DNA of 64,000 bases from Iphione sp. A-MEVVRFRX5. Its lineage: Eukaryota. Shown one piece after another: positions 25,191-36,500 of this stretch (positions are counted from its first letter, which is position 1; every line of letters begins with the position of its first letter). The stretch covers positions 67,208,001 through 67,272,000 of the forward strand of contig OZ320314.1 of NCBI GenBank assembly GCA_976226885.1, in the 5' to 3' direction. The notes below the pieces were generated by a model. That model saw nothing but the letters and a program-made list of their open reading frames with translations, was not told the DNA's origin and searched no databases. The translations under genes were made by a program, and so were the position numbers.

Positions 25191-27316
25191 TGGAACACCC
25201 CTGTGCATGACACTGGGGAAAACAAAAATGCAGCTCCCGGACTATAAACACACACACACAGCTCCTGCAAGCTCCCGGACACCATCGCCGGCATGGACAC
25301 TGGGCCTTAATAAGGCATATGACAACCCAGTGTTGAAACAAATAGTGCTTGTGTAAATCTTGATGGTTGCCACAGGATCATATGGTGTAATGCAACCGAT
25401 CACTCTAAAACCAGATATATGTTGAGGAGGGTGTTTGAATGTTGAAGCGTCGAATGCTTAACTCCTAAACTCCCTGTAGCTATGTGGCACAGTCTTTACG
25501 AGGGTGTTGCTCATGGACTAGATAGGTGTTGGGCAGGGGGACAAGCGTAACTAGGCTCGCAAAACTTCATCTGAGACGAGCATATCTGCTACGTGGCATT
25601 ACACTCCACCAAATGAAGCTGAACGCGGAAGGATTAGGCGGGCGCCGGGCGATGGCCACTTGGCTTGGGCAATCATTGAGACTCATTGAGGGGGCGGGCG
25701 CCGCGGTTGCCCGTCCGACTTATCTCTGTATCAGCGACCTGATGAAATCATCCCCTCTCTCGTTCATCTTGTAAAGAGCGTCCGACTTGCGTGCAGAGAA
25801 ATTAATGCGGTTTGATCAGCGCCACAACTTCTGCGCCACCTTCTGGCAGCCCGGACAAATAACCAACGCTCCTTGAGTCCAAGCGATGGCCCCGGTAATC
25901 CTCAGACTGAAAAAAGGTGCTTTGAAAATTATGATCACAATAACACACCCAGGAATGAGTTGGTAGTTTGTATCATTTGACTAGGCGCTGCTTCGCACTG
26001 AGGCTCCGGTCCATTGTAGTCCATGACGTAATTCTCATTATGATGTCCGAAGTGAACGCTGTGAAGATGCGCTTGAGTCTAAGTGGTGCCTAAGTGTTTT
26101 CACAATGCGCTTCCGTCGGCCACCAGTCGCATTCACTTGTCTAGCTGTCATTATTTTATTGACGGCGGAAGCCGGTTGCCGCTCGCTCTCCTGCAGGCAC
26201 CGCAGGGCGCACTGGCTTGATAAAGGACAGGTTCTCTGACACACAGCTTTTTACAAGGGTGCCTTTAATTCGCATTATGAATAAATATGCCAGCAGAGAG
26301 ATGCTTCCAATTGTGACCTGCTCTGTACGTATTTAATGCATGCATTTCAAATATAATTCACAGACAAGAATGAGGCAAAAATGTTTTAAAAAATGGAAGT
26401 CCAAGTGAATGGCTCATTATTTATTCCAACCACCTTTGCGATTTTCTACTCAGGGCGGTCCGCTTACGACTGAAGTCCTCACGCATTAAGCAGGGACGTA
26501 TCGCTGGCTAAGTTACAGATGCAAGCGCATGATGATGCCATGAATGAGGTAGTTTACAACAAAATGGCACCTGACGATGATATCAACTACTGAAGTGGTA
26601 TTACTTCTCGGTCGTTACCTTCGTCTGCCTCCGACATCCTTCTAGGCTTACTGTTCACCAATAGACAATAGAGATAGAATGAACTCCACAGATTACAAAC
26701 TCGTAACTATTTCAACTGTCTAGAAAATGGTACCGCACCGCTCCTGATTTCAGGCATACGTACTCCCTGACCAATATCATTGATACTCCCGGTACTTTGC
26801 ATGGATGTCTCTGACCGACAATACTTCGGCTTCGTAAGGCATCAGAGTATGATTTTATAGTTCGCCTTCTAGAGATTTCTAGGGAGCGAAAACTGGAAGG
26901 TCAACAAGACGGTATATTCTACGAATAATGAAAGCACCTCGACAATGGCGCTGGCGTCCAGCGTCACTTCCAATATAGTACAACGTTGATGACTGTATGA
27001 CCTTTGCCTTTCAGTGGGCCCTCTTTCTAGAGTCGCCCATCGCAAACGTCGTCTCCATTGTGAGAGTTGCTTCCCCCCAAAAGTGAAGTGACAATTTGCA
27101 AGTGACCACCGATTTCCCCTTTTATTACCCGTTCAATGTACCGTAGTCTCCCCTCCCCAAGTATTACTGATCCTTATAAGAAGCGTTTTTGTAGATTTAA
27201 AGTATTGTTTACATGAGTCTTATCGTCTGTCTTATATATCCCATACCTCCTCAACGTCTTGATTGCTTTGTCTAAACTTGCTGACGTCATTGCCTTCTGC
27301 TTGTTTTGTCTTGCAG

Positions 27317-27469
27317 CTTCGGGCTGTCCTGACCTTAAGCCCAAGGACCATTCGTGGGTGAAGAGAGTAGGCAACACGGCGGTCGTCAAGTGTAACCACA
27401 CGGGGGAGACTTACTTCCTCACGTGTGAAGGGGCTGACTGGGTCGGAGACATAGGAAACTGTTCCAAAG
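27317..27469 (+). CDS. Receptor gene exon: 4-Cys sushi/CCP-like module
   Basis: Acceptor ttgttttgtcttgcag|, donor AAA G|gtagcc, phase 1-1. Translation ASGCPDLKPKDHSWVKRVGNTAVVKCNHTGETYFLTCEGADWVGDIGNCSK (CP..C..C..W..C). Confidence 0.82.
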
Positions 27470-29100
27470 GTAGCCTTCTTCTGTCCTTCTCACTTGATAC
27501 GAATAATCCTTGCAGAGGAAGCCTTTACAATTTAGTATTGTCTAGCATTGTACAGCAGCTTTCATTATGTATAGCTACCAATACAACAAGTACATGTACT
27601 TCTGATATTCACTTCCATGCACATGTGCGTGGGAGGGGATTTTCCATCATTTCTTCAAATTCCACAAAGTACATTATACGGTTTGTATGTTCTCCTGCGA
27701 GTACCAAATGTGACTTCTGGGCTAGATTGTAAGCACGTAGGCTTTGAAAACGTCCACATGGCCTTGAAAATATTTTATACACGGAGACACCTAATATTTA
27801 GAAAATGTAACTCCCTATGAAATCATTTTCTCTATTAGTTGTTTCGTGCCCGATTGCTGAAGTAAATGGACAAAAGACTTACGTTGTCCATGCCCCACTA
27901 ATTACGGTCGGAGATGGTTGGTCTTATTGTATTTCTCTCTCCTTCTCTCTCCTCCTCTTTCTCTTCCTCTCCATTCGTTGCCTATCCTTGTCGTTTTTCT
28001 TTTCTCTATGACTCTTTCCTTTCCCCAGTCTCTAATCTAATCTAATCCAATGTGCAAAACTCGTAATGTTCGTTTGCTACGTCTTTTATCTTACATCCTC
28101 TACGCTCACCTTTATTTAATGTCTAATTATTGTTGCAATGATAACCCAAATGAGTACAATAAGAACAACTGGTTGGAACTCGATTTGTTCCATGATTGCC
28201 GAAGAACTTTAAAGCTATACTAAACCTCTGTAAGCCCCTAGGGATAGCCTTGCTTGTTTATCCAAAGATGCTCGAGAATGTAGACATTTAATGGTCTGTT
28301 GGAGTGTGGCGACAGTTCGAGCTAGCAACTCGCCCCCCAACCCCCGGGCTACCATCATCGGCCCATTTCAACCTCGACTGACGGTTCTCCTTTGAAATGG
28401 GAGGCAAACTTGCGCGTGTGGCCCTGTAGGTCCTCTGGGCGGAAATCATTCCGTCTGCTACACCTACCTGGTGTAATTAAGCCACTGCCTGCGGGCTATG
28501 CCGGCAGCCGGCGTCCAAGGCATCGGCCCGTGCCCTGCGTTTGAAGTTGATAATTAAATAGTGTACGCCGCTCCATAATTGATGTGGCCGAACGTGATCC
28601 CATGTCGGCCGCACCGACCCAATGCCCCGGCCTCCAGCTCATCTCTCATCCGCATTCCCGCCCCCTGCCCCTCAATCCTTTCGACTCCCCTTGGCTTCTC
28701 CCCCGCCCCCTTTTCCCCATGCTTCGTCTACCTTACGGCCGGACACCCGATCAACGGTACTTGACCGGCGAGGCAGCAGGGCCGTCCGTCAGCCACTCGT
28801 CAGCCCTCTGGCCTCCTCTCCCATTGGCCCAGGCTGTCTTCAATAACCTGTCCCTTACGTCCTTAAATCAACGGCAATCAAGTGTGCACCAAGACAGTAC
28901 AGGCCCAGTATGCAGTCTGACGGTAGTTGATACAGCACCTTAACTCCACCAAGCTCATCGGGTATAAAAATATTCAGACGGGTGTAAGACATCAACCTTG
29001 CCAGGTTTAGGTAAGATGTGGGTGTGACATACTAGAACAAGCACATTCTTGTAAACATGCATTCCCTTAGATCGATTATTCTCTGTTTCTTTCTTTACAG

Positions 29101-29154
29101 CGTCTTTGTGGAGGAGAAGAGGTGCTACGGGCGGGTCGTCTCATTTCCCATACG
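29101..29154 (+). CDS. Receptor gene 54-bp juxtamembrane exon (ASLWRRRGATGGSSHFPYG)
   Basis: Acceptor ctctgtttctttctttacag|, donor ACG|gtaagg, phase 1-1; frame stays open between flanking exons. Confidence 0.75.
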
Positions 29155-31343
29155 GTAAGGAGTTTCACGGTAAGAGACACTGAGGGGCCTAGAATAGTCG
29201 AGCTCCATTGCTACTTCAACTATGCCATAAACTGGATGATGAACTCATTGTACAAATCTACATTATATCTGAAAGGTCCCTCAACAACGAAATACCTTGT
29301 AATTGAGTTTTAAATATGATGCTTATATGAAGGAAAAGTCAAATTTTATGACATAGCTTTCAAATCCCTACCACAGGGACTTTAGCAGACTTTAACAGAC
29401 TTTAGCTGCAAGGGTTTCGAAAATCAAAGATACATCAGGCCTTTGTTGTATCTCAATGACACATCTGAACTTAATCAAGATATTGATACAAACGGCTTAT
29501 TTGTAGCCGAAGACATGTATGCCCTTTTTGGTAATTCTTTGCTCTTTCAAATATTTTTGTGTTTATTTGTTGCAAAGAAATATTCACTCTTTCAGCGAAG
29601 CGAGGTAACCGTGAGAAAATCGCGAGAGCCATCATATCTAGTGGGTGCTATAATTGAAATGCAACTGGCCTCGGGCGGTAGCACCTAACCCTTGCGATCG
29701 CTGGCCTTTTATTTAACGATAAAAGGGAAACCGTATGCTTTAGATTTCTTACCACTTGATGGGTCGCCTTGTCTGTCACAACAGCTATCCCGTTTGCTTG
29801 GTCTGTTTCCATTATTTACAAGGCAGGTTATAATTAGGCACGCTTTAGGCGCTCTGATGTGCGCCACTTCACAGACAGCGCAATCAATACGGCACAAGGA
29901 AGATGGCACAAAGGGTCTATGTGAAGAAAAGCGGCTGGTCGCGGCATACATTAGGCCGCATCCAAGTTTGGGACTGGAATCATTCCTTTACACTTCTGGA
30001 GGTACACGAACCCGTACACGGCTTTCCAGAATTTCAGTCGATCTGACGGCAGCCTCCGACATTGATTTTTTGGGGTCTCCAATTCCCTCAGCAATGTTTC
30101 ACTCCCTTAGCCCGCGGGACAGCATTACTATGTGCCGTGCCATTGATAGTATAGCCATAGTACATAGAATGTCTCTGCCCTATTGCTTGTATACTACTTT
30201 CTTGACAAATATATGCATGCATATATTGATATGTATAGATTTATCTGATCTACTGAATGGATGGGAGGCGTCAAAACTGAAACACCAGGACACTCATAGG
30301 GCGCGTCCACTTTAAAAGTGAGAATCGATATGCTTATGCTACAAGGAATTATGCTGATACATCAAAAAGCTTTGTTATAGATGGATAGACCAATTTACCT
30401 CCAGGGTGTGCATCTTAGATGTTATCTCACCTTAGAGATAAAGCATAGTTTGTAAACTTCGCCTGTTTTCGGTTATTTTACAAATTATACTTTTACTTTC
30501 ACAATATCATTTTTGGCCATTCACAGTCGCAGTTCGAGACAGGAATATGTTCGGTTTAAAGTCAAGATTCAAGATTTAACCTCATGTGTGCTAGTTATTC
30601 AGCCCAGTGGATGCTATAATAGCAGCACTAGTATATTTTATTGTGGCTAAACCTAATCAGAACTAACCAGAAAGCGATGAAAAAAGAGAGATCTACTAAG
30701 CTCTACTGATACCTTGTATCCCTCCATTATCATGAATCGTTCACATTCTACATATTCACCCCACCTTTACCTGCATTATTTGTTCCTAAAACTATACAAC
30801 AGCCATTGTTTTCTGTGCGTGGAAACCAGAGCTTCCATATACCTCGAGGTACAGGGAAACTCTGGTTGATTAAATTATCCCGAATAATGGCCGGCTAATG
30901 ACAATGTACCAGAATCGAGATTGTAGAATGTGGGTTTCTGTCTGCATGCCAGGTAGTGGTGGCTGGATTCGTCAGTCTGCCTCCCCCCTCAAGACATGCA
31001 CTGATCGTTACCATTCTGGCGGCGCCTGCTAGTCACGTGGCCCGCTTGTTTCACTGAAGCCCTTGCCCCAAGGGATGCACCACCAACGGGCCGGCTACCA
31101 ACAAGATTTTGAATTTGCTATTGGTCTTGTCTCTGCTCGTCCCGACCAGGTCGGGCTAAGGAGGGAGAGCGTCTGCGATGGGAGGCAGCCACGGGACAGC
31201 GCCCCACACTGCTATCGTTATAGAACCGCGTTCAGTTCTCCTGCCAGCCCCTCCAGCCAACTCCCAGATGTAGGTGCCTCGTATTATTGCATGTCACTTG
31301 TCCAAGGTTGACACCAATCACAGCACCATTGATTTGCTTGCAG

Positions 31344-31431
31344 GTCTGCTGGTCGTTATCGGTATCGGAGTGGCCTTGGGTGTCGCCGTCGGTATCATCC
31401 TTCTGATGAGCATCCTGTTATGTGTGAAAAG
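31344..31431 (+). CDS. Receptor gene exon: transmembrane helix (GLLVVIGIGVALGVAVGIILLMSILLCVKR)
   Basis: Acceptor ttgcttgcag|, donor AAA AG|gtgaga, phase 1-2. About 26 hydrophobic residues are followed by a basic stop-transfer. Confidence 0.85.
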
Positions 31432-32057
31432 GTGAGAGCCACGTGACTCAAATTGGCGGGCGACTTGGCGCCCCGGGCGTAGGATGCGATAGTGGCACTG
31501 ATACTAACGCTTATCCGGGAAGAGGGGCTCACAAAAGTACACAGGTCGTGTAACGATCTAGTCCAACTTAACAAGAAAACTTGATCCATCTTAAAGAACT
31601 GGTTCTCTTGGTTATAATGATATTGTTGAGTGGGATGTTGCATATTTATTGGCAGTCAAGCCGATTTCAGTATCCAGGCTATTATGTTTGAATCAGCTTT
31701 CTAAGAACATAAATGGTTCATCTCAAATTTAAATTGCTCTTTTCTTGATCAGACTAGCCACATTCTTCGGGTTGCAACCATCTTTCACGAAGTTTCCAGT
31801 CTTACCCTTTTCAAACTAAGGGATCTTAAGTAAATGGTCCACGATAGTGCAGTATTAATGACGACATTTTGAACACTATAATGGCACAAAAAGTATAATA
31901 TGAATTGGATTCGAGAAGTGCATTCAGACGTTACCGCTTATCATCTGCGGAAATTGCCTCCGGAAAGCAGCTTTTCCAGAAAATGTGTTCTCTGTTTGAT
32001 TGTAGGAAATCTATCTAATTAGAGGTTGGTGATAAACCATGTATTTAAGTAATATAT

Positions 32058-32345
32058 TGTTGGCGGAGGATTGTTACTTGTTGTTGGGCGGAGGGATGTT
32101 ACGTGATGTCGGAGGGTTTGTTCAGGAAAGGGGCGGAGGGACGGGAAGCTAGTCTGGATTTGGCGGAGGGCGGAGGGGCGGAGGTACCGCGGAGGGATTG
32201 CTTTGTGTATATAAGTGCGAGCGGCGGAGGTCGGAGTTCAGTTGCTGTTGTTGGATTGTCGTTGCATGTGCTCTTCAGAAATAAATTACAAGTCATCTTT
32301 ACTCGCGGAGTGGAACTTCTTTATTCATAATGGCGGAAGCTAACA
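32058..32345 (+). repeat. 5' LTR
   Basis: tgttggc...gctaaca (imperfect terminal inverted repeat). Identical by eye to 40797-41084 (offset 8,739; the ORF-track peptides from both copies are identical). Confidence 0.97.
32208..32285 (+). promoter_or_regulatory. LTR core promoter (TATA + Inr) and poly(A) signal
   Basis: TATATAAG at 32208, Inr-like TCAGTT at 32238-32243 (~32 nt downstream), AATAAA at 32280-32285. Several GGCGGAGG GC-box-like repeats lie upstream in U3. Confidence 0.65.
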
Positions 32346-33586
32346 TTGGTGGCAGCGGTGGGATCCGGCGCCGAGGAAGGGACCAGGAAACTCAGGACCC
32401 TTCATCTGCTAAGCACTCGGCGTCGGCCCGACGACCCATGGAAGGAGACGAACCCGAGAGAAGAGTAACTCGTAGTGGAGGAGGAGGGCGCCGAGTCGAC
32501 GACGTGGAGGAACAACAAGGAGGAAGGCCCGAGCGGCCGGCTCGGACCCCATCCCGCTTGTGGGGCGGCGGGGAGGGGACGGAGGCAGACGGCCCTCAGG
32601 GCCCGGCTGCGGAGGCAGCGGAGGCAATTCCCCCGCGGGAGCCCCAGGATGCGGTGGCACCCGTGGGAAGGTCCACAGCGGTGGACGGAACTTTCTCTGA
32701 GTCCAACTCAGATCCCGAACTGGATATTACCAGCGGTGAGGAGTCGGCGGAGGAGGAGGAGGAAGTCGCCGTGGTGGAGGTAGGTGGGGCTCAGCGAGGC
32801 AGGGTCAAGCCAGAGTCTTTTGACGGGACCCAGGATTGGGAGGACTACCTCCACCACTTCAACTTAGTGGCGATGGCAAATAAGTGGGGAAGCCGCGAGA
32901 AAGCAGTGCAGCTGGGAGTTTGCCTCCGGGGTCCGGCGCGGGCAGCCATGAGAGCAGCTAGAATAGATGTCAACGCACGGGCGGCATTCCGCACCCTAGT
33001 CAAGACCTTGGCCGCCAGATTCCAGTCCCCTGAGCAGGTTGACCTCTACAAGCAGAGACTCAAGTCTTACAGGCAGAAGGCAGGGGAGGACCTCCTCCAA
33101 TTAGCCGACGAAGTAGAGCGTTTAGTCCGGAGGGCTTATCCCGGGATCAAGGGCCATTGGGCGGAGGAGTTATGCCGAGAAAGTTTCGTGCAGGCGGTGA
33201 GGGACGAGCGCATCAGGCAGTGGATCGTCCAGAAGAGGGTGGAAGGATTCCGGGCCGCAGTCTCCGAGGCAGCCTTTGCAGAAGCTTACTACAAAAACCG
33301 GGAAGAGAGGGAAGGTAGGAAGAGCACAGGCAGCAGTGTCCGAGCAGGGTGCAATGCGTTGGTAACAGCGGAGGTGAACAAAGTGGCACCAGGGCCTACC
33401 CCCACAGCAACGGAGGAGCTACTCCTAAAGTTGGCCGAACGCATCGAAAGTCTGGAGGGGAAGTGGAAGACTTCTGGAGGTCAAAGGAAGACAGGATGTT
33501 TCCGTTGCGGGAAGGAGGGGCACTTTAGACGGGAGTGTCCAGAGAAACCTAAGCCGGCGGAAAACGACAAGCCGTCCTCCCAGTAG
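32330..33586 (+). CDS. gag: Retrotransposon Gag (418 aa)
   Basis: Gag-like motif PESFDGTQDWEDYLHHFNLVAMANKW...K...L...LRGPA; CCHC knuckle CFRCGKEGHFRREC at 33497-33538. Confidence 0.93.
   Translation: MAEANIGGSGGIRRRGRDQETQDPSSAKHSASARRPMEGDEPERRVTRSGGGGRRVDDVEEQQGGRPERPARTPSRLWGGGEGTEADGPQGPAAEAAEAIPPREPQDAVAPVGRSTAVDGTFSESNSDPELDITSGEESAEEEEEVAVVEVGGAQRGRVKPESFDGTQDWEDYLHHFNLVAMANKWGSREKAVQLGVCLRGPARAAMRAARIDVNARAAFRTLVKTLAARFQSPEQVDLYKQRLKSYRQKAGEDLLQLADEVERLVRRAYPGIKGHWAEELCRESFVQAVRDERIRQWIVQKRVEGFRAAVSEAAFAEAYYKNREEREGRKSTGSSVRAGCNALVTAEVNKVAPGPTPTATEELLLKLAERIESLEGKWKTSGGQRKTGCFRCGKEGHFRRECPEKPKPAENDKPSSQ
32347..32364 (+). promoter_or_regulatory. Primer-binding site, tRNA-Leu (AAG/TAG type)
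   Basis: TGGTGGCAGCGGTGGGAT, 1 nt after the LTR end, is complementary to the 3' end (...AUCCCACCGCUGCCA-CCA) of eukaryotic tRNA-Leu, as I recall that sequence. Confidence 0.85.
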
Positions 33587-36500
33587 GGGGAGAGGGAGAG
33601 ACGGCGGAGGAGCTCATCCCCAGGGTTGCGGTGGCAGAGACGAGGGGCGGAGGAGAAGATTATAGAACGGAAGACGAGATAAGCGGGGAGATGGACCGAA
33701 GATCAGGAACTCTCACGCTGACTGGAACGGTGAAGGGGCGGCCCCTGACGTGGTTGGTGGACACGGGGGCCTCCGCGACTATTATTGCCCCTCAGGTCGC
33801 GGAGGAGGTCGGGCTGCAAGTTCGACCGAAGCCAGGACAGAGGATCGTGGGCGCCGACGGCCGCCCCCTTCAATGCAAAGGTGAGACCGAGCTGGAGGTC
33901 CAGTTCCAAACGACGAAGTGGTTGATCAAGGCGTTAGTCGCGGAGGTGGAGTACGCCGCCATCCTGGGGATGGACGTCCTCCGCCAGCGGGGAGCGGTGG
34001 TGGACACGGCAAGGGGGGTCCTCCGCCTCCCTGCCGAGGATCCCCCTTCTGCCGTCGTACGGGTGGCCAGGGACGTGCAGGTAGCCGCCAGCGGGAAGAG
34101 TGTCATCCCAGTAATAGTGGAGGGAGCGGAGGCAGACCAATGGATGTTGGAACCTGAGAGGCGGTTCGAAGTGGAAAACGGCCTGCGGGTACCCCGATCG
34201 TTGCTGCCGGGAGGAGTCGAGGAGACGGCCGTCCTGTGCGTGAACACGTCAGCGGAGGGACGATGGTTACGAAGAGGAGCTACCGTGGGACGGGCGGAGG
34301 CTGCGGAGTCACCGGAGGCGACGAAGGGGACCAGGTCGGAGGACCCCAAGGCGGGAGGGGAAGTCGTCCAAGAATTAATGAAGACGGTGTCAGATGAATT
34401 TGCGGAGGACGAGAGGGAGGCCCTTCGCGGGGTGCTGTGGGACCACAGGAGGGTGTTCCAAACTAAAGAAGGAGGAATGGGACGGACGGACCTGATCCAG
34501 CACGAGATTCACACGGGGAATGCGGAGCCCGTCCGACAGCGATTCCGGCGGCTCCCTCCTCATAAGCGCAGGATTGTCGAAGAGGAAGTGCAGAAGATGG
34601 TAGCGCAAGGGGTGCTAGAACCTTCGCGGAGTCCGTGGGCCTCCCCCATTGTTCTGGTCAAGAAAAAGTCGGGAGAGTGGCGGTTCTGTATCGATTTTAG
34701 ACGGCTGAACGAGAAGACACGGAAGGACGCATACCCAATTCCCCGGGTCGACGACACCCTGGATGCCTTGGCTGGGGGGAAATATTTCTCCGTTATAGAT
34801 CTGGCCTCAGGATATTGGCAGGTGGAAGTCAAGGAAGAAGACCGGGAGAAGACCGCGGTGTGCACCCCGGGGGGCCTTTACCAATTTAAAGTCATGCCCT
34901 TCGGGTTATGCAATGCACCCTCGACGTTTGAGAGACTGATGGAGGTCGTGCTGTGTGGACTGATAGGTGAGGGGTGCCTCGTGTACCTCGACGACGTGAT
35001 CATCATGGGCTCGACCGTTCGACAGATGTGCAGCCGACTGGGGGAGGTGCTCGGTAGACTGGAGGAGGCGGGAATGCGAGTGAAACCGAAGAAGTGCCAG
35101 CTGCTGCGGAGGGAGGTGACCTATCTCGGACATGTGGTCTCCGCGGAGGGGGTTCGGCCAGACCCGGAGAAGGTGCAGGTAGTCGCGGAGTGGCCAGAGC
35201 CTGCCTCGGTGAAGGAAGTGCGAAGTTTCCTGGGACTCGCGTCCTACTACAGGTCCTTCATTCGTAACTTCGCGCGGAGGGCGGAGGCACTGCATCGGCT
35301 GCTGGAAAAAGGAAAGAAGTTCGAGTGGGGGGAAGCTCAACAGGCCTCGTTTGCTGATCTGCGGCAGTGTCTCGTTACGGCCCCCATCCTGGGCTTCCCG
35401 ACGTCCGAGGGTCAGCTTATTCTGGACACCGATGCCTCCGCGGATGGCCTGGGAGCGGTACTGTCCCAGCGGCAGGCAGAAGGGGAGCGAGTGCTGGCCT
35501 ACGCGAGTCGTACCCTCACCCGACCCGAAAAACGCTACTGTGTCACCAGGAAGGAGCTTCTGGCGGTGATCTTCGCCTTAAGGAAGTTTAAGACGTACGT
35601 GTCAGGAAGGAAGGTGGTTATCCGCACGGACCACGGCAGCCTCCGCTGGCTGATGCACTTCCGCGAGCCCGAGGGGCAGATGGCCCGCTGGTTAGAAGAA
35701 ATCTACTGTCGGGATGTGGACATCATCCATCGAGCAGGACGGGTGCATAACAATGCAGATGCTCTGTCGCGGCGACCGTGTCGACAATGTGGCCGTCCCG
35801 AAGGAGTGTCGGAGGAGGAGGACGATTGCGCGGAGGGGGTCTTCGCACTGCAAGTTCTACCGGTAGTGCAGCCCTCGGAGATAGCAGCAATAGTCGGCAA
35901 GGACGAGCGTCTGAGGGAAGTGTTACACCGCCTGGAGGAGAAGAACGGACCGCCGGAATGGGGGCCTGAAACCACGTGGGAGGAGAGGAGGCTTCTCATG
36001 GAATGGGCTAGGCTGTCAGCCGATCGCGGGCAGATAACCAGACGCTGGGCTGCGGAGGACGGACGGACTTGGCCCCAGACGTTCGTCCCGGAAGAGCTTC
36101 GGAAGACCTGTTGGGAGGAGGTGCATTCGGGGGCCTTCGGAGGACACCTCGGGCCAGTTAAGACAGCCGGCTTGCTACGCACGAAGTTTTTCTGGCCGGG
36201 ACTGAGTCGTGACGTGCAACTGTGGGGAGGAAGCTGCCCGGTGTGTCTAGAAAGAAGAAGCCCTCCGCGGCGGAAGCGCACACGACTACAACAACGACAG
36301 CCTGGAGGGCCGTGGGAATTAATAGCGGTGGACGTCTTAGGCCCCTTCCCCGAAACAGAGCGCCAGGCCAAGTACGTGTTGGTGGCATGCGACCATTTTA
36401 CTAAATGGGCGGAGGCGTTCCCCTTGCGCACACTGGCTGCGGAGGAAACTGCCTCAGTGCTGGTACGGGAGCTCATCTGCCGCTTTGGCCCTCCGCGGGT

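Noticed and set aside
29692-30315. 207-aa intronic ORF
   Set aside because: Non-ATG start, no recognisable domain, no splice-phase fit to the host gene.
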